Assembly: GCA_021613535.1 (NCBI GenBank)
Contig: CP075496.1
Location: 5,580,001 to 5,644,000 of the forward strand
Direction: 5' to 3'
DNA length: 64,000 nucleotides
Source of the DNA: Adineta vaga
Lineage: Eukaryota; Animalia; Rotifera
Under the pieces are notes generated by a model. It did no database searches. It was not told where the DNA came from and was given only the letters and a program-made list of their open reading frames with translations. Of this stretch, positions 12,129 through 24,976 are shown piece after piece (the stretch's first letter is position 1; every line of letters starts with the position of its first letter). A program made the position numbers and the translations under genes.

Positions 12129-14791
12129 ATGCATAACGACACTATACGGACAAGTAACAAACAATTACAGAAGGTCATATATAAACGATTACTGTCATAC
12201 TCATACCCACAACAATGTTTGTTAAATTATCAAAAATTTTCTTCTTTATCGAAACATTCTAATGTGAATCGCTCGTTACCAAATTTGTTTAACGATGAAA
12301 CGTCATTCGCAGAGTTTCTTGCGAAAGAAAAACACAACTTACAATATTTTCCATCATTCAAGAGAATAAATATAATAACTGAAAATAAAAACGATAAAAA
12401 TCATTTGGCAAGAAATTATCATTTCTTACCGTATAATTTACCGAGCACTGATTATTTTGCATGGAATAACTTAAAGATTGCTGATAATGTAAAAACAACA
12501 ACAAAAAAAACATTAATGAGTCAATCATCTCAGTTCAATCTAAATATGTCATCAAATATATTATTTACAAAAGATACGAAATCTATAAGAAGAAATTCGA
12601 TTCATAGAGTGCAAAGCATTGATAATATATATCGAAAAAAATGCATTCATTGTGTCCAACGTCATATCAGTTATATGAATAACGATCAAAGAAAAGCTGC
12701 GATTTGCTTTGTTCGACAACTTAATACCTACATTGATCAAAGAAGTGTAGCCTTACAAAAGGTATCTAATGATATAAACAAATACTATGTACAATCGAGA
12801 AAGGTATCATAAAAATAGAATTTTTAATATATGAATATCCATTCAGAGTATACGACGTTATTTGATATTTACATGAGATATCTTTAACAAATATTATACA
12901 GCTTCATAGAACTAATTACTTCAATATTTTGGTGAAAGATCATTTATTGAGAGAAAAATCTGATTATATGAACCTAATATAACTCTTACTTTATTCGAGT
13001 ACATCGCAGTTAAGAAATGTCTGATAAAGTCTTTATATCATGGAATTTATGTATCATAAATTCAAATAAGAATTAATCGTTACTGAAGTAGAAAATGAAA
13101 AGAGACAAACACATAATAATCTTTGTCAAGAATTATCAGGTATAATAATGCGATTATGTAGTTCTAATATTATCACGTAGTGTTCAAGAAACAAAGTCTA
13201 GCAAGTCATTTTTCATGTAATTAATTACTTTTTTGCTCTTTGGATGATTGATAAAAAACAATTAGTGCGAGTGAAAGGTATTAATTCATGCTGCTTTCAT
13301 ATTATAGATGCTACCAGACATGTAAATAAGAATTAAATTAGAATCAGCCAGACAACTAGTATAAATGAGAATCTTTAGAAAATAAATAAAATGCCAAAAG
13401 AATATTTACGTATCTTTCTATGTGAGATCTATTTTCAAAACAGATTTTCAGGAATGTCTCATATAACATTTTAAAATATCGCATTAGAAGAATCTATTTT
13501 TACAATTTTCAACATACACGAGTAGTTTGCTTAGTTGATGTGAACTTTTACAGTACTCAAATAAATTGTTATGTATATTTAGAGAATATAAGAACTGGTG
13601 TCCTGAAACAGAAAGCATATATCATTAAAGACAGATTGTTGTTGAAGAACTAAAAGAAAAACAAAATTCATTAATAGAGTCTCGGAGACGATAACTATTT
13701 CCTATGAAAGACATACATCTATTGCAGCCATTTTATGAAATTATTCGATTAGGTATATCGAATTCAAAACCCTTTACTTTATGCTTTAACAAAAGTAGCG
13801 ATCGATTGTAATTTATAAATTTTAGTTTATTGGCTGTACAAAAGATTCAATTGATACTGATGAAAATTCAACAGTAACTCTGGAATTGATATCGAAGTCG
13901 AATCCAAACGATATATGTCGAAATGAAAAAAATAATAGTATAGATATATCAAAGCAGTTATCCGATGATTGTGATTATTCAATAAAATCATTGATTTATA
14001 AAAATGACGATCTGTTTGCATTTTATAATCGAACTATATGCAATCAGAGTAAGTTTTTAAACTTAGTACCAGCCATTATTTCTTTTCACGTTTTTGATAT
14101 AATTCGGATTGGAGAAAAAAAAACAACTGATTATGAAAGTTTATATAATTAATTATTAGGAAATCAACAGACATCAGTTGTTAAATATGAAGTTAAAAGT
14201 GTGAGTGATGGTTATTGCAGTAATCTATCAAAGAATACAAACAAAATACATATCGATACATTTGATCATGTTCCAAAGCAAACAAAATTGATCAATGATA
14301 TAGAATTTTGTGACGACGTGACAGCTGATTTTACTATTATGAATATTGAACCAGTAAAAGATATGTTAACAGTATCATCAAAACAAATCAAAGAATCCGT
14401 GGACTCAACAGAAAAGATTTCAAATCAAGATTTCATATTAATAACAACTGAGTTCGTTGAATAAAAATCGATTTGAATTTTGTCAATTTGCTTTTTTGTT
14501 TTTAGACCGAATATACAACAACCATCAACAATTAATAATTCACAACTCACCAACGAGCCGCCCGAACAACTACTTTCAACTCCAGTTAATTCACGATGTA
14601 TTGTTTCGTTCGAGTTTGCTAATAGAGATAATCGTATAATTGAAGCATATGATATACCGCGTTTATTTCATCGAGTTTCCCGAATGGATATATACAAGCA
14701 AATACATAATCGATTAACCTTATCGAACTTGACTGATATCGATTTATCTGCTTTATTACGAACGATATTACAATCTTTTTCATGGAATTAA
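12129..14791 (+). pseudogene. Unknown lineage-specific gene, probably decayed
   Basis: 227-aa first ORF, then exon-like blocks bounded by ag/gt at about 13583-13752, 13826-14049, 14160-14450 and 14506-14791. The 13583 block reads EYKNWCPETESIYH*RQIVVEELKEKQNSLIESRRR*LFPMKD with two in-frame TAA, and the phase to the next block does not match. No recognisable domain. Confidence 0.45.
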
Positions 14792-15746
14792 GATTATAAT
14801 GCTTACAACTCGTCCTATATGTATCTATCATCTAAGAATATGAATTGATACCGAAACAACTGTGTATAATTGAATGTTGAAGAGATTTCTTGACTATAAT
14901 TATATTTATTTTCTCTCAGAAAATGTACATCACTATGGAGTAAACAGTGTCTATGACTATGATTTTTCTTTGTTCAACAAAGTCTATCATTTTGACTAAG
15001 TTGAAGGTTTCTATTTCATCTCTAATAAATGATTGTTGTCATAATTTAACATCCTCTTTCTGATACGATTTTACCAAGCTGTTTCTCGATATCTTTTCAT
15101 GACATAGTTTTACGGAAGACTTCTCATCAATCGTTTTTCTACACAATATCATTTGTCAACTACGCGAAAAAATCAATCAATTATCACTGATGTATTAGAT
15201 TCATTAAATATATAATTAAATCACATTTACAAAAAAATATAGCTTATAAATAACAATCAAAATTATATTATTTTAATTGAAAGAGATGCTGAAATATATT
15301 CAATAGATTTATTATTGATATGAAATCGGATATGACATGTAAGGAATAAAATTCAATGAAGAAACGTAGTCTTACCAATGGTAATCTTATGTAAATAAAA
15401 AAGTTCTTTTATTTATTACTGTGTAAAGACTTTTTTTCTTAGTCTTTTAATAAAGCAGAATAAATTTGGAATATGAAGTCATTATTTTTCATTTTCTATC
15501 TTGGTAAATTTGTCAGCAATACGTGAGTTGCTATTGACAAAAAATGGTAGGCGTTCTCGGTTTTACTCGATTGAGAGAAGAAAAGAAGAAAAAAAATGTG
15601 CGTAAAAAAAGTGTATCCTTGGCATGCTTATGATTCATCCCATGTATTTGTTTGTCTATTTTACGTGGCTTTTTCCAACATAAAGGTTTGCCTCTTATAA
15701 GGCCTTGAAAAATTCAATTTTCCCTTATCACTTTTATTAATCGAAC

Positions 15747-18143
15747 ATGAGCGGTAATATTAATACTCAAAGTTTTGCAATTGTTTGGCTAGATAGTTCT
15801 GCAGCAGATTCTTCGGAAAGAATTCATGTTCAAAAAGAATTACGCGTTATCGATGAACAATTGAAGACATTTAATGATGTTTTGGAATGTGAAAAACATT
15901 TAAGAAATCAACCAGCACATTATCATATTATATTGATTGTTAATGGTACTTTGGGTATGCAATTAGTACCAAAGATCGATAATTTATCTCAAATCAAAGA
16001 TATTTATGTATACTGTGTAAATAAAGAATTTCATCAACAATGGGCTAATAAGCATCAAAAGGTATTTTCTAACAATTATACTTTTTTGAGTAAAAAATAA
16101 TTCAATCAATATGTGTAATTTTCTTGATTTTAGGTTCGAGGTGTTTTTATAGATTTTAATCTTCTTCATCAACAATTATTACCAGATCATATTCCTCCTG
16201 AGGTGCATCGTACATCAAGCGAACAAGCAACAGCAACAGCAGATATATTGACGACGGCAAACGTCTCTACTACAACACCTTTGCAATCAGAACAGCCTAC
16301 AACTGCAGCATCACAACAAGAACAACCAGCAACCACAGTATCACAACCAGAGCAACCTACAACTGCAGCATCACAACAAGAACAATCAGCAACCACAGCA
16401 TCACAACCAGAACAACCAGCAACCACAGTATCACAATCAGAGCAATCTACAACTAGTACAGCATTGTCAGAAGAACAACAAGCTATTCCATCAACAGCTC
16501 AGGAATCTATAACAACGGTAACTGAAACACAGTTATCTACCAATAAAACTACTTCATCGGAATTAGAAACTAATTATACTTCACGTAAATATAGTTTGGA
16601 TCTAACATACATGATCGCAGAGTCCTGTTTTGATTGTATCTGTCGAATGAAATCACTATCCGAGGAAATAGAAGATTATATTTTATTTTGTCGCGAATCA
16701 CACAAAGATAATGAAGCTATATATCCGTTTATTCGTGAATTTCAAGACAAATATTCTCCTGAAAAAGCAGTATCATGTCTTTGTATGCATCCGTTCTTTA
16801 ATGGATTCTTAGATATTGTGTTCAAATTAGCACATATTGTGAGTGTGTTTATTTGCCGAGTATTCATACAAGATATTCAAAAGCAACTTGAAGAGCGTAA
16901 ATGTACAGCACCCATTCAGGCATTTCGATACGAATCGATATCAAATGAAGATTTCGAAGAATTAAAAAGTTTGAACGGTAAAGTTATCTGTATGAAACAT
17001 TTCTTTTGGACAACTACTGATTTGGAAAAGGCACGTTCATTTATATCTGATACCAATTCAAATAATGAATGTAAACGAATATTATTTACTGTCGATGCTG
17101 ATCCACAAATTAAAAATGCTAAACCATTTGCAAAGCTTATTTCTTTTGTTGATACATATGATCCGACGGAAGTAGTATTTATGATTGGATCTCTTTTTAA
17201 AATTACCAAAATTGAAGATGTAAAGGATGAGATTATTAATGTTCAATTGACACTATGTGCGAATGAGGATAATAACGAATTGAAAACGCAGATCGATCAA
17301 ATAAAACAACAATACATTGATAGTAATGGCGAAATAGATGCTGTTGGATTTGGTCAATTTGTAATTGCTCTTGGCAACTCGCTTCGTGAAAGACAAATAT
17401 CCGAAAGTGGTGAAAACGTAATTCGAGGTTATCATGAAAAATTAACACAAGACCATCCGGATCATATTCGGTGCTGTCATGCATTAGGTAATCTTGATTT
17501 TGTTAAAGGTGATTACGATTCGAGTCTTGCTTGTTATAACAAATTACTTGAACTGAAGACGAAGTCATCATCAGGAGACGATCTTGGACTTGCCAAACTG
17601 CATAATGATATAGCTTCTGTCTATTATGAAAAAGAAGACTTTGAGCAAGCATTATCGCATTTTCATACAGCAGGCAAGCTTTGGAAAATATTGAAAAGTG
17701 ACGATGATATAATTCTAGTTCCTTGTTATACGAATATGGGGAACATTTATGAAAAGCAAGAAAAATGGATTGATGCATTTTGCTGTTATTCTCAAGCGGA
17801 AATGATCCTAGTGAAGCATAATGCTACGAATGAGTTTTCTTTCGCTTTATCATGCAATAATCTCGGTAATCTTCATTTTCATTTGCATCGTTATCATTTG
17901 GCATTAGGTTATTATCAAACATCACTCGATATAAAACTGAAAGTTCTCCCATCAATAGATCCATCAATTGCAATAACGTATAGAAATATTGGTATAATTT
18001 ATAAATCTATGAATAACTTACAACAATCACGAGCTACGTTGGAAAAAGCAGTAGAAATCTATCGTCAAACACAGTCATCCGATAATGCTAATATTACGGA
18101 GATTGAACAAATCATTCGAGATCTACCCAATGAATCAACATAA
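15747..18143 (+). CDS. Receiver-like domain + S/T/Q repeat linker + degenerate ADP-ribosyltransferase domain + TPR repeats (about 774 aa)
   Basis: Exons 15747-16061 and 16134-18143 join in phase 0 (HQK|VRGVF). N-terminal IVWLD...IILIVNG...IYVYC receiver-like pattern. ART-like core AFRYE...FFWTTTD...EVVFMIGSLFKI. C-terminal TPRs (LGNLDFVKGDYDSSLACY, HNDIASVYY, NNLGNLHF, YRNIGIIY). Confidence 0.9.
16284..16460 (+). repeat. Coding minisatellite, six 30-bp units (Q-x-E-Q-P/S-T/A-T-x-x-S)
   Basis: Units such as caatcagaacagcctacaactgcagcatca and caacaagaacaaccagcaaccacagtatca, alternating with a 60-bp higher-order period. Confidence 0.9.
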
Positions 18144-18451
18144 TTCGAAATAATATTGACGTTTCTTCTTATAATATAAAAAAAAAGAACAATCTTGGAT
18201 TATCGAAGAATTTTTGATATTCCGAACAAAAGCATTTAGAATGTAATCATTTTTATTTTTCGGTATTGAAACAAAGCAACGAAAAACAAAATAAGATAAA
18301 ATAACTTGCTTTCATAAATTAGTCTTCTTTATAAAAAAAGAAAAACTTCCGTACATATTAATATTAAGATCTATTGATAAAAATGAGATACAATTTCGTA
18401 GGAAAATTTTCTTTAGAAAAGAGAAATATTTCATTATTTTCATATGTTGTC

Positions 18452-19438
18452 TTAAATCTTGTCATTTTGATGTGTCCATGTTGGACGTGTCTTTTTTATA
18501 AATGATTCTAATCCATGTTGAGTATCTTTTAATTGAAGATTTTCAATCATTCCTCGTGTTGCTATTTGATAATCTTGAAGAAGATGTTCTTTTTCATCTT
18601 TCATTTGTAAATATTTCTTGCCAACAGCAACTACTGCTCGACTATGTGCACAGATTTGTTGCGCAATTTTATTTGTTTCACGTTCGAGATCATTTTCACC
18701 AACAACACGACTAACAAGACCATGATTATAAGCTTCGGTTGCAGATATAGGCTCGCCAGTAAATAACATCAATGAAGATAGTTTCGGATTAGTAATCGAT
18801 CGACGAACAGCAACAGCTGGCGTGATACAAAACAATCTATGAATAATAATCAAATTTAGATGAACAAAACAATCGAATAGTTCTTACCCGTGTTTCACAC
18901 CAGGAACAGAAAATGATGCATTTTCACCAGCGACTACAATATCACAACTTGCTACCATTTGACAACCAGCTGCTGCTGCAAGACCAAAGACTTCGGCGAT
19001 TACAGGAATCGATAATTGACGAATTCTTTAAATAATGAAAAAATATGTTTTTGTTTAATGTAAATGTTCGATATACTTTAACATAAATTCAGTACATCGA
19101 TCGAAAACTGAACCACAAGCATTTGTTTTACTTAATTCTGATAATTCTTTCAGACTATGACCAGAACTGAATACTTTCTGATCACCAGCTGTAAGAATAA
19201 TAACACGTGAATGTTTTTCATTATCTTCAAGTGCTTTAATCAGATCATTGAGCATTGCAAGAGAAAGAATATTACGTTGACGAACATTATTTAATGTTAT
19301 ACGACAGATCTGATTATTATCACTTTTGGAAATATTAACTAAACTTGTCGATGGTGCTGCTGATGATGATGATGATGCATAGCGATGTAAGAGATGTTTA
19401 GATATATTTGAAAGAGAAATAACTTGTCGACAAAGCAT
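18452..19438 (-). CDS. ECHDC3: Enoyl-CoA hydratase domain-containing protein 3, mitochondrial
   Basis: Three exons (about 19438-19077, 19025-18889, 18836-18452). Mitochondrial-type presequence, crotonase motifs FSSGHSLKEL, PVIAEVFGLAAAAGCQMVASCD and GLFCITPAVAVRR (the GHxLKEL and GLFCxTP motifs are typical of ECHDC3). Confidence 0.9.
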
Positions 19439-21773
19439 AATTTATATCTGAAAATGATAAGTTAGAATAAAGAAAAGAAGATTTACAGTTATTGATTATA
19501 TTTTGTAATATGACTAATAATTCAAATCAATGTGCTATATGGAAACAAAATTGGACCTAATAAGATGTTTAATAATAATCCGAGAAATCAATTCTTCGCT
19601 ATATTTAAGTATTGATCAGTTATGTCATATTTGCTGAGATCAGCATTTGGTTTTTTATGCATTACTAAAATGGAACCACTAACCATACTTAAAAATATGA
19701 GTTCATGTAGACCTAATGTTCTGCATTTAATTTACCCTTTTGTACAATATATTTTAACAGTGTCACACTTACCTCTTTGCCATCGTACAATACCGATCTT
19801 GTACTGATGTGTATTGATTACCTAAATAAAAGAGAGCAAAATAATTAAAAATGAATATCAAAATCGGTAGATACTACGCATGTATAGACAATAGTTACAG
19901 AAATAAAATCAGAGAAAACAAAAACTTTAGAAAAAAAATGTGCAAGTGAAGAAACATTGTAGATAGAGTAGTTGAAATCGTTGTTGTTGAACATTTTGAA
20001 ATGATTAAAATGATAATGAAGAGAAAATCCATTCATAGAGAGTCATTATTTCAACATGATATATATTATAGTATATTGTCTTATACAACAGTGTAAGTTA
20101 ATTTAGCACAGAATAAACTACGAATTATTTTATTACCTTAGAACATATGTTATTTTAAACTACAAAAACCTAATATCAATAATTTTATTAAATAAAAATT
20201 AAGTACGAAATTTTGTCTTTCGAAAAACAATTAGATCATCGATCCAATTATTGTCATAAACATATTCTAGTATGAAGTAAAAGCTACAAACGGATTGATC
20301 CGTTATTTGAAGTAATGTAAAAATCTCTCATATTTTCGTATATTTTCCTCCGAACGATATTCCTAAAATATAACTCAAATTCTAGTTTGAACTTTAATAT
20401 TTCAAATCAGAACTCATCTTGCCATCAAATGCGCTTCCTACTGAATAATTGCTGTATCAAAGCATACTAAGAAAGTCGCGTTTCTATGTAAAAAAAATGA
20501 AATTTTACATTGTGAATAATGGTATTTATAAGACATAAGGACATTTTCTCATCACAAAAATATTTCGCTTTCTTTCCAATAACATGAAAACGACAGTGAC
20601 TTCTAATATCTCTCGATTTGTTTTTCAATTTAAATATGCAAACATAAGAGAATAAAACTGATCTCTACGTGCTACAAAGTGAACCTATACAATACCATAA
20701 AGAATCTCTCTCCTTTTGATTTTCATATAGTAAGTCAAAATACTAGTGAAATGAAAAAAATAAGATAATTCACACATATCTTGTACTTTATCCTAAAATA
20801 TTATCATCTAAAATCTCGATTGTTTATGATCACATCAAATGTTAAAATAAGAAAAGAAATTGACCAAAGACAAATAGCTTATTACTATTTCATTATGTAA
20901 TCTAATCAACTATCAAAACTCATCGATCTTTCTAATATATGAATAGTATATCTGTACTCAAAAGAAATGACTGAATTATCGGGAAAATTTCATTTTTATT
21001 TCTTTGATTGAGATGGGGATAAAGATGAAAATCCTGATTAATCTCTAAAACAAAATCAAATGATTCTTATTCAAGAATCATTGTATGAAAAATATTCTTC
21101 ATAAAACAAAAGACAGTTGAGATATAATCAGTCTAAATAATCCTTTCTCACACCAATCAATCCTTATAAAATAAGATAAATACAATACAAATTGACGTTA
21201 GACGTAGCACGCGTTTTTTGTTTTTTCATTAGCGTTTTCATTTGTTTCTACTCGTGAGATAGCGAAAGAGAGAGAGAGAAAGATTGAAGAAAACAATCAA
21301 TGGAGACCTTGATAATAACAAAAAATATAACATGAAAAAAGAAAGAGAGAGAGAGGGAAAAATAAAGCAAAAATGTGAACACGAAAAGAAGAAAAACAAA
21401 ACATTCTAATAACGCTAAAATACATCAAGATAGAAAAACAAAAGAAAAAAAAACGAAAATTTTTAATTAAACAGAAACATAGTAGTAGTAATCAAACATC
21501 AACAACCGGATAGAAGGAACGAAAAACAAAAGAATACGCAATATAATGACGATGACATACCAATTTATATCTATATATATCACCAACATCGAAAGCCATA
21601 GAAAAAAGAAAGCATCTATCACATAAACTAAAACGAAAAAATGATTGTATTTTACAGAATAGTTTCTCATTAATTTACCAAAAATCAAATCAAATATGAT
21701 TTTTCTCATATCTAAACAGTGATTGACTGGAGAACATAGTAGAACCAATATATGGAAATTGATGATGAATTAT

Positions 21774-23960
21774 TTACATTCGCATTAAAGGCCATGGTTG
21801 TTCCAATAGTGGTTGTATTGGACGAGTTTGATGCGAAATATTATTATTCATTCGATTACGCATATTATTTTCATGTATCTAAATAAAAGAAAATAGCAAA
21901 AGATAGAAAAATATATCAATGAAAGTTTTTACATTTTGATAATGAATGCGAACCAGTTGTTCGGATGCTGTATATGAACAACCAGGTATATTACACTAAG
22001 AAATGTGAAAAATATACTTTAGTATTAATATAGAAATGAAATGTTTTACTGAAATATGACTACGTAAATGGTCTTGATAAGCAATTTGATGAGGAAACCC
22101 AAGTGCACATGTTGCACACCAGAATGGATGAAAACTTTGTTGTTGCTCATTTATAGTTGACCAACGCGATGGAACTGTTTCGAATGGTGAAGATATAGAT
22201 GATGGATATGGAAATGTTGGATTAACTGTCATTAGAGGTGGAGCTGGAGTAGAAATTAGAGGCTTAATTCCATTACTATTTGATGGCATCGATGATAATG
22301 ATGATGAAAATGTTCGGTTTACTGTTTGTTGTTGAGATGTTTTGTTGTTCTTATTATTTGATGACGAGAAACATCGATCAGGTGTTTGTAATGGTGGTAA
22401 ATTACGTCGATTACCTTGCATAAAAGCAAGTGACGAATTATAAGGTTGAGAATTGGTAACTGCTGATGATAGTGATGGTATTACCGGTGTTATACGTACT
22501 GATTGATTGTGATTATTTAAATGAGATGATGAAGAATAAAATGAAGTATTTATTAATGGAGTTGAATGTTGAGAATAATACGACGATGGTGAAGTTAAAT
22601 GGGATTGGATTTGATACTCTTCTGGAGGTGAAATTTTCGGATTATCATGTGAAGCAAATAACTTTTTGAGAATATCTTGTACTTCTGATGGATTCGATAA
22701 AAGTTCTTGTACTTGTTCAATAGGTGGTACTGTAATTGAAGGAGATGCTGATATATTTGTATCTGGTAATGGCGGAGGCGGCGGGGGAGGTGGTAGAAGT
22801 GGAGGTGGTGGTGGAGGATAGGAAAAACAAGATGTATTTTGATAATCATTCTAAATAAAAGAAGAAAATACAATTATATTACATTAATATATTTCTTCTT
22901 CAATTAATTTACTGATTGTTCGTGTTCGAACGATGCAACTTTATTATTATCAATATTGTTTTGTAATTCTTCATTTAGCATCGATGGTAATGAATAATAA
23001 TCATTCGATAATTGACTCTTATGTTTTTCATCGTCATCACTATTTGCAGTAGCAGCAGCAGCAGCAGCAGCTACCGCCGCTCGTTTTCGTTTGTTGGATA
23101 ATTTTTCATGAATAACACCAAGCAAATGTTGAGCATGACGAGTATCACCTTGTTGTGTTAATTTCATCGCACGTTCAATCATCTGTTTAATTAAAATATC
23201 TTCTTCGCTTTCTGGTTCAGTTGGTGTTTTACTTTCTTCACGTGATACATTAGAATGAGATTGTTGTCGGGGAGTAGTAGACGTGGATGAATTACTAGTA
23301 GTTGATAAAGTTGGAGAAAGAAGAGCAGATGACGAATAAGTTGTACTATTGGTAATACTAATATCATCAACACATTGATCAGCTGGTAATGATGATGACG
23401 AAGAAGAATTGAGTCGTCTACCGACATTAACTGCTGCCTAAAAGGAAATATTCATGATTCACATTATTTAAGATTCACATTTTTGAATGATTTTTCTCTT
23501 GACAAAGATCAAATTGTATGTCTATTTGAAAGGAATATGAATAACTAATACTAACCTGAGCCATAGCACAGATAATTTGTTGTGTTGTTGGATCTAAATC
23601 AGGTTTAGCAAGTAACTGTCGAGCTGTTTCAGCAAATTCTTTTGCTTTTGGACCAGCATTAGTTAAAAATTCAGGATTGTCAATAAGCTGTGACAGAAAT
23701 TGCGAAGGTGATTGGAAACTATTTGATGAAGATCGTTGTCGTTTTATTGGTGGTGATTGTAAAGCAACTTCGTCATCATCGACAGTTTTACTACTAATGA
23801 ATGATGACATCAATGGTACACGTTGTTTCGTTTCATCTGATTTTTCATTTGAATGTCGTCGTCGACGATGCCGACGGTGATATTGATGATCTCTCTGAGA
23901 TGATTGTAAATCATCTTCATCCACATCATAGAATGATTTTTTCTGACGATGTTTTCCCAT
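21774..23960 (-). CDS. Low-complexity protein with a C-terminal NUFIP1-type tandem C2H2 zinc finger
   Basis: Exons about 23960-23556, 23437-22913, 22850-22050, 21995-21933 and 21878-21774. The spliced C-terminus WCATCALGFPHQIAYQDHLRSHIS|CNIPGCSYTASEQLVRIHYQN|IH matches the NUFIP1 finger spacing. Basic N-terminus (RRHRRRRH), poly-A and poly-P tracts. Confidence 0.75.
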
Positions 23961-24976
23961 TATCTTACATTGAAGAAAAATTGATCTAAACAAAAAAAAT
24001 GGGTAGGAATTATTGAAATTTGCTTGATTATATATAGCTATTTGTTGTGTATTTAGTTTCTTTGCAAGCTATACACAGGCGTATCGTGTAGCGCATTACT
24101 TAATAATACTGCCATATTGAACAAATAAGATTCTCGCATAAGACAACCATTTCTAAAAGATGTGCGAAAATTAATTGGAATAATATTTTTAATCAACGAT
24201 ATATTTTATTTTCTTAAAATTTTCTAGAAAATTCCACTTTGTAAAGTTGTCGCTAGAATCGACAGCAAGAATTCTATTGGTCAATAGTTTTAGACTGATA
24301 CCGATCATTTTATTTTTGGGCTGAAGAAAACTTGACTTGACTCGATCACTCGAACGTTGTTTGTTTAATTATTTGACTAAATAAAAAAATAGTTTTGACT
24401 TCACCACATAATTCTGTTCTATGTTGGCGTTGTAATGTAGACACAGATCGCTACTACCTTCTAGTTTCTACTATATTGACATTCGAAAAAAGCGAGCATA
24501 TGAATATCCGTATTCAAGTTCTACATGATCGTTAATGATTATATCGATAATTGATCATAAAGCAAAATTTTTCATTGTATTAAAGTAATCAAGTTTATGA
24601 ATATCTAACGCTGAGTGCTAGTGTTTTTCATGATCGAAGCAAGATCGTAGATTAGATCAAGTTGTCTACTTGGTCCTAATGTGTAACCTTCGCTTATTTC
24701 ATGAGGATTAGTTCGAGAGAAAAGGAGTGCACTTCTCTTTCTCTTTTATCATTTCTAAGGATTCTATTTCTTCTTGTTATTTGTTATTATCTATGCAAAA
24801 AAAAAGAAAAAAATTCTGTTGTTCGAGAAAAAAGGAAGCGAAAAATGTATTTTTGTATACGATTTTTTCTATGACGTATCATGAGAGTCATACCGTCTGT
24901 TGGCCGTTATTTTTTCTTATAGTTTTATATACATTCTCTTTGATTACATTCAAAAATAATCATTTTCTAGATCATC

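Noticed and set aside
16187-16426. Cys-rich metallothionein-like ORF (GCSGCDAVV repeats)
   Set aside because: It is the antisense reading of the 30-bp coding minisatellite.
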